A DNA stretch of 63,990 bases, the filler included, from Octopus bimaculoides (lineage: Eukaryota), in assembly GCF_001194135.2 (NCBI RefSeq). It is 6 parts of 5 records of this genome, joined end to end, with 100 filler letters (N's around TTAATTAATTAA, not from the genome) between each part and the next. Parts side by side here need not be neighbours in the genome. Positions count along the whole stretch, not along the records: positions 1 to 4,968 come from NC_068985.1; positions 5,069 to 34,705 come from NC_068988.1; 4 more parts are not named here. The stretch is one strand, 5' to 3'. Within the stretch, counting starts at the first letter, position 1. Each line of letters begins with the position of its first letter. Made by a program: the position numbers and the translations under genes. Shown here piece after piece: positions 1 to 13,329 of the stretch. Below the pieces are notes generated by a model. It was not told the origin of the DNA, did not search any database, and saw only the letters and a list, made by a program, of their open reading frames with translations.

Positions 1-488
1 TATATATATATATATATATATATGTTTATACATACATATATATATATGTATATATATTCATATAAATGTACATTTACATGCAGACGCATGCACACGCCCA
101 CACTCACAAACACGTACGCAAATACACACCAACACAAACACGTACATAAACACACACACACACACACACTGAGATACACACATATACATATTCATATATG
201 TATGCTTTTCTATGTATCATTGATACTAACGATAAATTTTTAATATCTTTCTGTGCCTATACTTATGTATATTTGTGTTTGTATGTGTTTGAGTGTTTGA
301 GCATATATGTATCGATGTTTGTGGTGTGTATGCATGCAACTCCACTTAATCTCGCTTACACACACGCGCACACACACATTCATAGTATATATTTATCAAT
401 ATACATATATATCTGTATAAAAAATATTGACATGTATTATATAAATATATATGTGTGCATGTATACATATATAAATATATATAAATAT

Positions 489-552
<64 letters not shown>

Positions 553-960
553 ATGTGTGTATATGTATGTATATAAATAAATATATATATATACATATAT
601 ACACATATATATATTTATACATTAATACATATTGATGCTGATACACAGCTATATGTATATATATGTATATATGTTTGTGTGTATGCCTGTGTGTGTGTGC
701 TTATATGCGTATGTATGATAAATAGATATTTAAAACGATAGACATACAAAATAGACATATATATTCACATGTAATTTGCTTTGTGCCAATATTCGAAAAA
801 TTATCTATGTATCTTACGCAAATACACATAGACAGACACACTCTCAAATAAACACGGACAAGACACACACGCACATACACTTTGCACACGCGTGCGCGTT
901 CATATATGTGTGCGCTTCTGTGAGCGTGCATGAGTATTAACAAAGAGCTAGATAGATAAA
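1..960. repeat. Compound microsatellite field (AT, AC, GT, AGAT); similar fields occur throughout the window
   Basis: Directly visible. Also (ATT)n at 20-23 kb, (ATC)n at 22270-22400, (TC)n/(GTCT)n at 30940-31140, (ACT)n at 53505-53550, (AAT)n at 58868-58950, (CAC)n at 63960-63990. Confidence 0.95.
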
Positions 961-1170
961 TAGATAGATAGATAGATAGATACTTAGAGTTATAGAGAGA
1001 GGGTGAAAATCAGGGAGAATGAAATGTTTGTAAATGTGAACGGACAATCTGATAAATAAATAGCGAATTAAAATCGCTTGCTCTTCTGTGAGATATAACA
1101 CTCCTTGGTTCTCATACTTATATATAATTTTACTTAAAGATGTATAGGAATTATATACATACATATATAC

Positions 1171-1211
<41 letters not shown>

Positions 1212-1730
1212 NNNNNNNNNNGTAATCTTGTCTGATATTGTAGGGAACTCTATCTTTCTCCTGCGGGATCTCTGGATGATTTTGGCTTGGAAAGAGTGAA
1301 TCTTCTTATCAAATCTTATTATAGGATTGATGTTAAAGTGGTTCAGCCTCTCAAGTGATGCTATATTCCCCAACCTGAATATCTATGTATCTACTGGTGA
1401 TTGCTATCACCGTATTAGCACTACCAAAGTAGTAATAATTTCTAGCGTTTTTAGACATGTCTACTATTCTAGGGAGTTGCTGCTGTTATGTATGCTCTGG
1501 TAGATGAAACTTATTATTAAAGGCATTCCAGCCGTGAGTAATCCATCTTTTTACGGATATATACTAGTAAAATATTAAATATAATTTCCGTACTACAGAT
1601 TTCAGATAGTAATTTGAAGGAGTTATCACTATTTCTAGCATAAAGAAAATCCATATGGAGAATCCATATAGAATGTTCCCAGATGTTGGCGAATGAGATT
1701 AGTATTTAATTTACAGAAACGAATATTCAG

Positions 1731-2182
1731 AAGGCGGCGAGCTGGCAGAAACGTTAGCACACCGGACGAAATGCTTATCGGTATTTCGTCTGCAGGGACG
1801 TTCTGAGTTCAAATTCCGCCGAGGTCGACTTTGCCTTTCATCATTTAGGGGTCGATAAATTAAGTACCTGTTACGCACTGGAGTCGATGAAATGGACTGA
1901 ATCCTTTTGTCTGTCCTTGTTTGTCCCCTCTATGTTTAGCCCCTTGTAGGCAATAAAGAAAAAAGAAACGTTAGCACGCTGGGCGAAATGCTTAGCGGTA
2001 TTTCGTCTGCAGGGACGTTCTGAGTTCAAATTCCGCCAAGGTCGACTTTGCCTTTCATCCTTTCGGGGTCGATAAATTAAGTACCAGTTACGCACTGGTG
2101 TCAATGTAATCGACTTAATCCTTTTGTCTGTCCTTGTCTGTCCCCTGTGTTTAGCCCCTTGTGGGCAATAAAGAAATAAGAA
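1731..2182 (+). mobile_element. tRNA-derived SINE family A, head-to-tail dimer
   Basis: A-box-like ggcgagctggcagaaacgttagc and B-box-like gagttcaaattcc; second unit starts at about 1965. Confidence 0.85.
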
Positions 2183-2368
2183 ACGGATATTCAAATTGAC
2201 CAAACAGCCATATGCTTTTATATCGTTAGAAAACGTGAAATCCACGCCAAAAGAAGTAGTAAGAAGCCGAATAATTAGCTGGTCTGGTTAAATTCCTGTC
2301 AAATTTCCGTGCCATTCCTCAAATTCAATGAGATTCGCGAGCAACTACTTTGGGAATTGCTAAGTTAC

Positions 2369-2466
2369 CTTCGTGGAACATTCAATAGATTCTCCTCCGG
2401 TCTGACATCCATTGAACTGAGCAATAGCATTTTCTATTTGCATCATGTTCAACTTGTAAGTATTAC
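2369..2466 (-). CDS. Candidate coding exon of an unidentified gene
   Basis: cataag|GT...AAG|gtaact, 98 nt, open frame (G)NTYKLNMMQIENAIAQFNGCQTGGESIECSTK, GC-richer than the flanks; no family recognised. Confidence 0.3.
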
Positions 2467-4689
2467 CTTATGACAACCAGTGTGAACAAAATAGCCTTCT
2501 CAGATTCAATGCCTAATTAATGAATATTCGTATTAAAATACTTCATAACTACAATTTCTACTCAAATCATTAACTAGCAGGGAGATGGAACCCAATTAAC
2601 TGGTATAAACAGAATAAGTTAATTAGAGACAAGACTTTGATGACAATATAACGGTTAATTAATTGTTAATAAATATTTTATTTCTATTCTGGTAACACTA
2701 CAGTATTTCATCGATAATACAAACGGCAAATTTATATCTAGCGTACTATAAATTAACTAGCGTGTTATATGAAATATGTTTCTAAATAGATTAAGTCTAA
2801 ACATCAGGTATTCTATAACACCATGGTATTAACCTGACGACTTTTACAACAATTCGTCTTAAATCTGTAGCGGTAATTCGTAAATGAATATCTGGTTATG
2901 CAGTCAGACATCACGAACAATCCACTATAGCTTCACATGATTGGTCTATACACCGATCAATCAGCATGAAGCAAAAACCTGGAGATGTTTTCTCCATCAT
3001 TCTAGAATAGGTCCCTAATAAAACGCGTTCATCGCACATTTTTAACAACGATACGATCCAAGATGTCTGCTAAGACATATGGTGCAGATAGATGACAGGG
3101 ACCTCTGTCGCTACGAATATAGTACAATCGTTTCCAGTTATGTTCGGCAAGCTGCGTGTTGCCATATCAATAGCTTGCCGTAAACTCCAAGCAGTATCTC
3201 TCTTCCAGTAGGTAATTAATGCTGTTGTTATCTGTAAAAGTCCAAACGCAGTTTGTCTTCATGTGCGATTATAAAATCTTTTGTTAAACGTTCCCAGGTG
3301 TTGTCCAGTTACTGCTACCAGGCAGCCGAAGAAACTTATCTTCATTCATCAAACCAACCAGTCACCACAATAGACTGACCACCAATATTCAAATCTAAAT
3401 ATATTTTTATATATTTAAAACGCTTCAAGCTTTATTGGTGTAATTTTTTTTTATTGCTCTTGAGTAAGTAAATATTTTTCTTTCATTAATTTGTTGGAGA
3501 ATATAGAAAAATAACACTGCTTAACTGTCTGAAAGTTTGGTTGATATGTGTGCGTTCATTGTTCTGCAGAAAAGAGAGAAAATAAAAACAGGTAAATCGA
3601 AGGAAGAAATAGAGAGGAAGGAAGGTAAGGCTGAAGGGTATGTTTAAAACTATTGATGACATATCATAATTATAACGTGGGAAAGTAAAACATTTATCAC
3701 TTGAAAATGCAACTGACTCTTACGCAGAGGAGAAATTGAAAGTTATGAGAATCAGACTTCTGTTAATGGCAATAATGACATCAACAATTTCTTCGATTTT
3801 GTCAAAAAAAAAAAAAAAAAAAACTTACCAGCAGAGTTAGTTCATTGTGTAACGTGAATGATACTCTAAAAATTGTCAGGAAAATAAAAGGTAATAAACT
3901 GATTCATTTATATAAGAATTCTTAATCTAAAACCAAATAGAATATTTCAGTATCATGTAAGTGTACCACGAAAGAAAGAATTCAAAACAGTTTAGGGATA
4001 TGAAACCGTAAAGAGCTGATCCTGTTGTGGAGATCTTAGTCAGCTCTAGTTGTGAAAACCTATAATTAAAGATGTTCTGTCCATGATCGTCCAGAAATTT
4101 TTGCTTGAATATTTACGACTATTTTTTCTAATGTATCTTTTTTTCTAAAACGATAAACTGTGATTTTTGTGACTTCAGTTACAATTCAAGCAAATCGAAC
4201 GACTATGCGGGAGCTCCTTCGATAACTCAAAAACTAAAATAGTTTGTTGTTGACACCAGATTAACCCTGATCGAACGAGCCAATAATTAAAAGCATTCTA
4301 CTCATAAGCACCCCATCTTTTTCTTGGTGATTGGCTGCCATTTCTAACAGATCAGATATCCGCAGGGAAGGTCTTACGAACTTTCGCTACTAGAGGTCAT
4401 TGACCCACGCAGCTTCTTTGCTTGATTCCTAAAAAAAAAAACTGGCAGCCAAACTATATCTTTTTACTGAAATTTATGGACGTACTTTATCTCAAAATCA
4501 TGGAAGTTATGAGTATCATTAAGTCTGAAGATTGTCACTACATACAAACAAACTATGATGACAACATACAGTAAATATAATGAGATCTTTAAATCTTTAA
4601 CTTATTTTCAGCTTTAGACCTGAGATCATGCTGGGACACCACCGTTTTCTTTCTAGTATCATAACGCAATTTCCAACTCAAGGAAAGAG

Positions 4690-4880
4690 AATCACAAATG
4701 TGTTTTTCTAGGACTGTTCCTTTTCCTTCTCTTGGACCTTTTCTCTTTCCTTTTTCTGGTGTAGTGCAATGCTCGAAACGTCACACCCCGTCTTTTTCTA
4801 TCTCAAACTGTGCGTCAACCTAATGCATTCAGTGTGTTTTGACTTGCACTGTCCTTGTTTTATTTTTGATTTGCCTATAT
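4690..4880 (+). mobile_element. Penelope-like repeat (second family), decayed hammerhead-like motif (4756-4782)
   Basis: ctggtgtagtgcaatgctcgaaacgtc; flanks align with 51840-52070. Confidence 0.45.
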
Positions 4881-4891
4881 ATATCTATGTA

Positions 4892-4924
<33 letters not shown>

Positions 4925-4926
4925 GT

Positions 4927-4968
<42 letters not shown>

Positions 4969-5012
4969 NNNNNNNNNNNNNNNNNNNNNNNNNNNNNNNN
5001 NNNNNNNNNNNN

Positions 5013-5024
5013 TTAATTAATTAA
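5013..5024. other. Artificial assembly spacer TTAATTAATTAA in a 100-bp N block; also at 34750-34761, 40877-40888, 47685-47696, 62052-62063
   Basis: Identical 12-mer centred in N runs (44 N each side where counted); it gives a TAA stop in all six frames. Confidence 0.97.
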
Positions 5025-5069
5025 NNNNNNNNNNNNNNNNNNNNNNNNNNNNNNNNNNNNNNNNNNNNA

Positions 5070-5253
5070 CATGAGTGTTTTTGTTTCACTTTTGACACGT
5101 AATACTTAAATAGTGGAGGAGATATTATGTTGCCGTGGGCTCGAACTCTGCAAGAAGTTAAAAATTTCTTTTGACTAAAACACAACAGGAACCCTAAGTA
5201 AGACATGTGTAAAATTTGAATGAAATTGGTTGTGTAGTTCTCGAGTTTTAGGG

Positions 5254-5304
<51 letters not shown>

Positions 5305-5354
5305 GACAGACAGACAGACAGACAGATACACATTCTCATTTTTATATATATAGA
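5070..5354 (+). mobile_element. Helitron/Helentron-associated non-autonomous element (Lep1/HINE-like organisation)
   Basis: tgtaaaatttgaatgaaattggttgtgtagttctcgagtt, then (CA)n(GACA)n, then attctcatttttatatatatagat, the typical 3' layout of such elements. Confidence 0.5.
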
Positions 5355-5879
5355 TAACAAGGAGATAATTAGTGAAAATCCTCCCAAGTTATTTCTGAAA
5401 GATTGGATGATTTGAATATTAATAATTTGTTTTGGGATTATGAATGAGGAATTGATAAATGATGTATCACTGCAATAGTAGACATTTGATCAAGATACTA
5501 CCCAGTGGAATGACATCCAGAGACTCAAAGCTAAGAGGCAAATTTCTTAACTCGGCCATTAGTCACAATGTGCTGTGTGTACATAATGTACGAAATAATT
5601 TATAGAAACCTACTCTTTAAAACTAATCAATTGAATTAGCAAGCAAAGCTACTTTGAATTTTAGCTTATGGTTGTCTTAATCTCAGCTCATCTGATGCTA
5701 CAATAACAACAACAAAGTTTGTAGTGATAATAATATTTTTATATACAAATTAGAAAGAATGTATTCATAGGAAGAAAAAAGAATAAATGCAGTTATTTGA
5801 AGAACATATTCTCTAGTCTGTTGTCTCTTACTTTAGTATTCACACACACACACACACACACAAACACAGAAACCTTATT

Positions 5880-6110
5880 AATATATATCTGAAAAATCAT
5901 ACATCTTGCAAACATATATCTTGTAAATATACATCTCACAATTAAATATCTCACAGTCATACAAGTTACAAATATTTATGTCTGAGATATAAATATCAGA
6001 TACATTTCACAAAGGTATATTTCACAGACTTATGTCTTTTAAACTTACATTGCATATATCTCACAGGCATACATCACACAAACATCTCATAGATGTACAT
6101 CTCACAAAGA
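5880..6110. repeat. Degenerate minisatellite, about 16-bp unit (atacatctcacaaac-like)
   Basis: Recurrent atatctcaca / acatctcaca words. Confidence 0.7.
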
Positions 6111-7377
6111 CAGCTAACCAACAGAAAATAAATCAATACTATCACATCTTAGCCAATCAGTTACAACATTTAATGTAACAATGTTGTGATAAAAAGTACA
6201 ACTGAAAGTGAATAACATTATCTATGAAGTTTATAGATTTTTCTAAATTCTTGAAGCCAAATCAGCAGAAATATCACCAATTTATCTTATATTTAGTTAT
6301 CATTCCTTAGATAAAACAATGTTATTGATATAAATATTTATTATTCTAATATTTGTCTCACAAATATATTGATCTTAGTATACCAGACGGAAATTGATTT
6401 CTTTTAAGTAGGCACAAAGTCAATAGAGTCGTTTTAAGGAAACTTACACTCAAAACACATCATTACATAAATTCCTATTGGGTTTTATCTATCTTGCTGT
6501 GTTTGCAACATTTTTTAAACTTTAAATGGATTTATAATCAACAATTGTATCTCTTTAGATCTATAAAGTAATCAATGATTATTGCATGAATACTAATCTT
6601 TGATAGTTGCAAAGAAAATTGCTACAATTACTTTAGCAAATCACCAAATAATTGATTAAACCCTGTTGTCAATAGAAGATCAATCAGCTAAGAAATAATG
6701 ATAAATATTTTTCAGTTTTCTTATCTTCTTTATTTATAATTTTGTGATAATTTCCTTTGCCTTGCAGGCAATTACTTTAATGAAAATAATTTATAACCAT
6801 TCCAAATTAAATATATAAAATTTTGTTTGGAGGTATTTCAATTCTACAGAGTAAATATATTAGAAAAACAATAGCTTATTAAACATTAAAATAAAAATAC
6901 AAAATTAAATGCTAAAATGTGATACAAGATAATGTGGAATTATAATTAACAAATTTATTCTTTTTTAATTAGTAGGAAAAAGTTAATAACATTGACAATG
7001 TCTTCTTGTTTACATATTAACCCATTAAAGTCTAACTGTATTTAAATTTAAGCTTTGAGAAAAACACTCTACAAAGTTACTAGGAATCTAACATAAACAG
7101 ATTTCCCAGGAAGTTTGTATTGATGTATTGATCCCAGTTTAGGATTTAAAAAATAATTCTGATTTCTTAGGTTCACCAAAAATATGACAGGAAATGAATA
7201 GACGTTATATGCTACACCAATGTATTTCAAAGTCAACTCTAATGGGATGCGAAGGGATATAACTAAAGTTAAGAAAACATTTGGTCTGGTATGCAACTCC
7301 TTCTGCTACATACTTCCACAACAAAATCAATAATAATTTTATATATTGTCACAAAATCTCAAATATTTGGAAGACAT

Positions 7378-7550
7378 AGTTTTTTATTTCTTCACTGCCC
7401 ACAAGGGGCTACACAGAGAGGGTACAAACAAGGACAGACAAACGGATTAAGTCGATTATATCGACCCCAGTGCATAACTGGTACTTCATTTATCGACCCC
7501 AAAAGGATGAAAGGCAAAGTCGACCTCGGCGGAATTTGAACTCAGGACGT
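7378..7550 (-). mobile_element. SINE family A, 3' part
   Basis: Reverse complement of the family-A body and tail. Confidence 0.8.
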
Positions 7551-7571
7551 ACCGTTTCTATACATACATGT

Positions 7572-7629
<58 letters not shown>

Positions 7630-8869
7630 ATAGGCTTCCTTCGGTTTCTATCTACTGAATACACTTGAAAGGCTTTGGTCAGCTCACAGTTGTAGTGCCA
7701 CTGCCTGATACCACCAAGAGTCTCCAACAGTCTGTGTCCATAGCTCAGAAGACCATAGGCAAGCTCCGTGAACCAACTTGCTTAGAGTGGAAGAAACAGT
7801 AGTTACAGAAATCAGAAGGGTTGGCAATAACAAGCTAAAACCGTTGAGTATAAGCAAAATACAAGAATTTTAATTAAAAGGTGAATAAACATTTATAGAA
7901 TAAATAAAAACAGTTCTTTAGAGAGATTTTAGAGAGTTTTTTTCATTTATTTCTGAAATGTGCAGACTTCTTTTGGTGAGCTCTTCTTTTATTCACCAGT
8001 CTAATGATTTATTTTCTATCTCTTTTTCTATCCTTCTTTTTGACTGGAATTTGTTGCTACTTCTGAATTTATGTTAGTCCAATAATCTTTCTGCACTCTT
8101 TATATTGCCAAGTTCACACTGACTATTTTTGCAGCAAGTTCAAAACTGTCCACTGTTCCCATTAACCACAGACATTCACCGTCACATTGAACTGACTTAT
8201 AACAGTTCTCCCCATAGTAAAGACGCCACTGTCGACATTAACCACTGACATTCACGATTGCAATACATATCCCACTTCTGACATCAATTACTGTGTCAAT
8301 TGTTCAACACAAACTGCTCAAACTCGACCACCTCACATCGACTGTATGGCACCGACCTTGGACAAACTATTCACATAAACCACTCATGTTGACTTCCATT
8401 ACATCGACTTCCAGCAGACTCCAAACCAACAGCCTCACATGTCAATGTTGCACATCAGCTCCCAGCAGACTCACTTGCCACATGTTCAACAGTAGTATTT
8501 ATAGTTCACCCTCACAGTAAAAAACATGCCAAATCACATTACCTATGCTTTAAATAGTCACTTGACCACAATGAATTTTTTTTTTTTTTTTTGTCTTACC
8601 TTGCAAAACCAAAGAATGGTGTTCTATTTCAGGTCGTACAAATGAGAAATTATCAGAATATAATATTTTTTGTTCGTAACATATATATTTTTTGACAAGC
8701 TTCCTTCAATTTATGTCTGCCGAATCCACTTGCAAAGCTTTGGGTCAGCTGAAGGTTATAGTAAAAGACACTTGTCCAAGATTGCATGCAATGGGACTGA
8801 ACCCAGAACATTGTGATTGGGAAGCAAGCTTCTTACCACACCTGCACCCATATCCATAAGCAGACTTTA

Positions 8870-9610
8870 TGATAAAATCAGAAAAGAAATCTCAGGCATA
8901 GAAGGAAAATTAAAATCAATGGGCCTTAAAGTTAAATCAGCAATGACCAAAGTTTTAGTAAGCTGGAAATCAGACAGGACTCTACTCCCATCACATAAAG
9001 TTCAGTATGTAGAAGGGGTGTTGTCAGGAATTTTATATTGTGTACTCAATGCAAGCTATGGACACATAAGAAGTGCAGCCGAATCACAGAAAACCTAACA
9101 GAAAAAGTGATGTCTATATATAGAAGATGCACAAGAGTAATAGATACTAAGGACACAGAAAATAGATTTTTTTTTAGTTGCTTTGGATGCTCCCAGAAAT
9201 AGTAGGTAATTTCTATTGCCAAAGTAACCTAATTAGCAGTGTGTGTGTGGGGGGATATTCTGAAACTAGAAGCTAGAATAGGAATAGGATGGCAAAAGTT
9301 CAGAGAGCTATTAGGTCTGTTGGTAGTCTCTCTCAGAGTGAAAGGTAGATTGTATGATGTTGAGTACAAACGGTAGTGGTAGTAAAGTGCGTCCCCTGTG
9401 TACGAACAGCAGTGGTAGTGAGATGTAGGCCCTGAATGCGGGGGATATATGAAAGCTAGAGAAGAATGAAGCTAGCTTGCTCCATTGGATATGTCATGTC
9501 AGTTTGTCTGTATGACAAAGTGCTAATGTTCTGAGACAAAAATTAAGCATATGAGGAAGCAGATGTAGCGCTTTCGCTGCATTAACCAGAGGGATGATGC
9601 AAGAGATCTG
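8870..9610 (+). mobile_element. RTE LINE fragment (post-RT region)
   Basis: LKSMGLKV..AMTKVLVSWKSDRTLLP, CTQCKLWTHKKCS, GWQKFRELL, SLRVKGRLYD; homologous to the 26.2-29.4 kb element. Confidence 0.85.
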
Positions 9611-10371
9611 AATCAGTCTTGAAGACTTATTAGTAGTAATTACTTATGTTGGTTCAAAAGAGAGGACATTGATTATCATGATGTTCAATTTTTTCATTCA
9701 TGTCCTTCCTTTGTGACATTTACGATATCTGTTTTAGCAGGAAAGATTAACTTAAATTTTTGGAGAAATGTTTAAATTACTTGTGATCTAACACTTAAAT
9801 ATTTCCCATGATTCAAAAAGCATTACATGCTTCCATGAAATTCAATGCTATTTGACAGTTTTCCTTAGGCTAAATACTTTTCAGAATTATTCAGAAAGAA
9901 GTTAATTCAATCTGTTTTAGCTGGTGATGTAATGTGAAACAAAAGCTGAAATTTCCACTTTTTATGTTTGAATCAGTATGACATTAAATTATTTATCATT
10001 TATATAATATGCTCAACATGTCAATGTTATTCACAATACTTGCCAGTTTGCTTAGTTAATGTGGAAACATTTAGCTTGCATACTTATCTTTGTTTTTAAG
10101 TCAAGAAAGTTAATGAGTGATATAGAAATAAATCCTTAAACTTTGACCCCCCAAAAAAATGTCATTTTGCCATTGCAACTTTATATATGGAAGCATCTCT
10201 TTATATGTAATTCACTTTTTCTATGATTGTAAAAACCACTTTGTGAAAACAAACACAGTAAAACTCTTATATGTAAACATTTGTTGAGGGGAAATAAAAT
10301 TTTGTATATTTACTTTCATATATATAGATATAAAATAGAAACATTTACTGCCTGTCTTAAAACTAGTTTTA

Positions 10372-10411
<40 letters not shown>

Positions 10412-11547
10412 GGAAAATGAAAAATAATAATAAGGCAGAATGCTAAACTGAAAGCATATTTTAATAAAGATTTCTAACCGGCTTTCATTGCATGGCAAAT
10501 TTTCAAGACGAGGGAGAATGAAAATGTTTTTTACAAAAAAGTAAAAAATGAAAAAAATAATATATAAAAAAAAATAATATATAAAAAAATAGATATACCA
10601 GTACATTATATTGTCTTTGAGCTTTTAAAGTTCAATGGTAATCCATGTAGATAATAGCTGGAAAAATAAGGATGCATGAAAATTGAGAATTGTGCAAGGT
10701 TTAAAAAAAGAGAGAANNNNNNNNNNNNNNNNNNNNNNNNNNNNNNNNNNNNNNNNNNNNNNNNNNNNNNNNNNNNNNNNNNNNNNNNNNNNNNNNNNNN
10801 NNNNNNNNNNNNNNNNNNNNNNNNNNNNNNNNNNNNNNNNNNNNNNNNNNNNNNNNNNNNNNNNNNNNNNNNNNNNNNNNNNNNNNNNNNNNNNNNNNNN
10901 NNNNNNNNNNNNNNNNNNNNNNNNNNNNNNNNNNNNNNNNNNNNNNNNNNNNNNNNNNNNNNNNNNNNNNNNNNNNNNNNNNNNNNNNNNNNNNNNNNNN
11001 NNNNNNNNNNNNNNNNNNNNNNNNNNNNNNNNNNNNNNNNNNNNNNNNNNNNNNNNNNNNNNNNNNNNNNNNNNNNNNNNNNNNNNNNNNNNNNNNNNNN
11101 NNNNNNNNNNNNNNNNNNNNNNNNNNNNNNNNNNNNNNNNNNNNNNNNNNNNNNNNNNNNNNNNNNNNNNNNNNTATATATATATATATATATATATATA
11201 TGTGGGGGGGGGGTGTAAAATTTTAGCATGTTTCAACCCTTTCTTATCTTTTTTATCTATATATATATATTATTAACACCATATACTTAATGTATATGCT
11301 TTGTATATTTTCTGGTGGCTGCAACAGCATGGTAGAGTATATATAATCTAAAAGTGCTGGGTGTAAAAAACTTCAGTGTCATGGACAGGTGAGATAACTC
11401 ACCTCAATCCCATTCAAGAGAGATGGACACCGGGTGTTTCACCATTTTTGTGGCTTTTCAACAACATATACCTGCCTAGGTATACTAGAGCTGCTTTTAT
11501 TCAATATATAAATATATATACATATACATATAAATATCATGGTAGTA

Positions 11548-11860
11548 AAAGCACATGGCTCAGTGGTTAGAGCTTCGAGCTTATGATTGTGAGGTTGTGA
11601 GTTCGATTCCCGGACCAGGCTGTGTGTTGTGTTCTTGAGCAAGACACTTTATTTCACGTTCCTCCAATTAACTCAGCTGTCGAAAGGAGTTGCAGCATCA
11701 CAGGTACCAAGCTGTATCAGCCTTTGCCTTTCCTTTGGATAACATCAGTGGTGTGGAGAGGAGAGGCTGGTATGCATGGGCAACTGCTGGTCTTCCATAA
11801 ACAACCTTGCCTGGACTTGTGCTTCAGAAGGTAACTTTCTAGGGGCAATCCCAGAAGACA
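11548..11860 (+). mobile_element. tRNA-derived SINE family C
   Basis: tggctcagtggttagagc (A box), gagttcgattcc (B box), tgtgttcttgagcaagacacttt (CORE-like). Confidence 0.8.
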
Positions 11861-12655
11861 GTCTTCTCAATGCTTCAACATGATCCCTTCACCAATCCTC
11901 ACCTGTTTCCAAACAAGTTAGTATTTTCTCATGGACAGTCGTGGTATGAGAGTAATGCTCGTTTACAATGTCAAGAAGAGGAAACATAAACATACACTCA
12001 CACATACATGCATACACACATATATGCATACATATATACATATAAAGATGGTGACTTGCTGCAGACATATTTGCTTTGTCCTCAAAATGTCTAAGGAAAT
12101 CTCTCAGAAAATGGGAAATCAAAATTCAAATGACTCTGAGTGAAATGCTGTATAATATAAGATTGATATATATTTGACTGAAAGAATATCTTTTATCAAA
12201 AAAAAAAGAAAATATGAGGCTTAAATACATTCAAAATTTTCAGCAAAACCAATTGTGTATGGAAACTTTGAAAATTCTCAAAACAAAAAATGGAAGTTCT
12301 CAAATTATGTTGTAAAAATTTCAGTTTCTTAAAATATTAACTGTAACAAACGTGTGTATGCAATTTTCAATTTATTCAATTATTGGAAATTATAAAATGG
12401 TGAAGTCTTGTTGTAAGATTGTTTTTGTTCTGTTTATTGCTCATTCTCATGTTGATAGCTTTCATATTATTATAAACAAATAGACTTCACATGCATATAT
12501 TTGCACATTTCCAGGGATAACTGTAATTAAATAATTAATTACATACATTTTCCACAATTATCAAGGGAGACAGAAACTAATAACATGTGTATTTCTTTCT
12601 TTTCATTGTGCTGAAAACATTATCTTTTATATGTCTCTATCTATGTGCCTGTCTG

Positions 12656-12694
<39 letters not shown>

Positions 12695-13329
12695 ATGTGT
12701 TTATTTTCTCTAAGTTAATAATTAACTCGGACAAAATAAATTGGTTAATAGATACCAAGGTAGCAAAGATCGCAAAATGACTGTGGTGTAACTCCTGTTT
12801 ATGAGGTAACTCCTTGTTATTTTGGGTACTTGAGTAAATATATAAATTTAGTAAATGGAGTAAAACGCATATGTTAAATGAATTCTTTTATTTCCAACAT
12901 ATGTTTCGAAGATTACAAATTATACCTTCCATAGGAATAGGTGATGTTGATAAGGATGTAATCTTCTCTTCAGGGAAATACATAGGAACCAGCTTAACCG
13001 TAAGACATTTTAACCGAATATGATAACTGTAGTTAGAGAAGATTGATATGTAATTTATTTGAAAGAGTGGCTTACAAAGAATAAATTCTGGGGGCAAATT
13101 GCTCGACTAAAGGTGGTGCTCCACCATGGCCGCAATTAAATGACTGCAACAAATAAAAGAAAGGAGAATATATATATATATATATATATATAAAGATATA
13201 TATCTATTTATATATATATAATTTTCAGAAATTCTCTACGATCTCATCTTGAAGAAATTTCTTCTGCAAAAATGTAAAAACAAATCAATCAATACGTATT
13301 TAAACTACTTTTCTCTCCACATCCACTGA

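Noticed and set aside
22-943. Many ORF-track entries rich in YI/HT/CV/LS dipeptides (here and throughout)
   Set aside because: Translations of (AT)n, (AC)n, (GT)n and (TC)n microsatellites.
7700-8520. Possible solo LTR (TGTT start on minus strand, PBS-like tggtatcag)
   Set aside because: No TSD, no clear CA end, no partner LTR or internal domain.
11548-11620. tRNA genes (A and B boxes here and in other SINE heads)
   Set aside because: No acceptor stem or cloverleaf closure; each continues into a SINE body.
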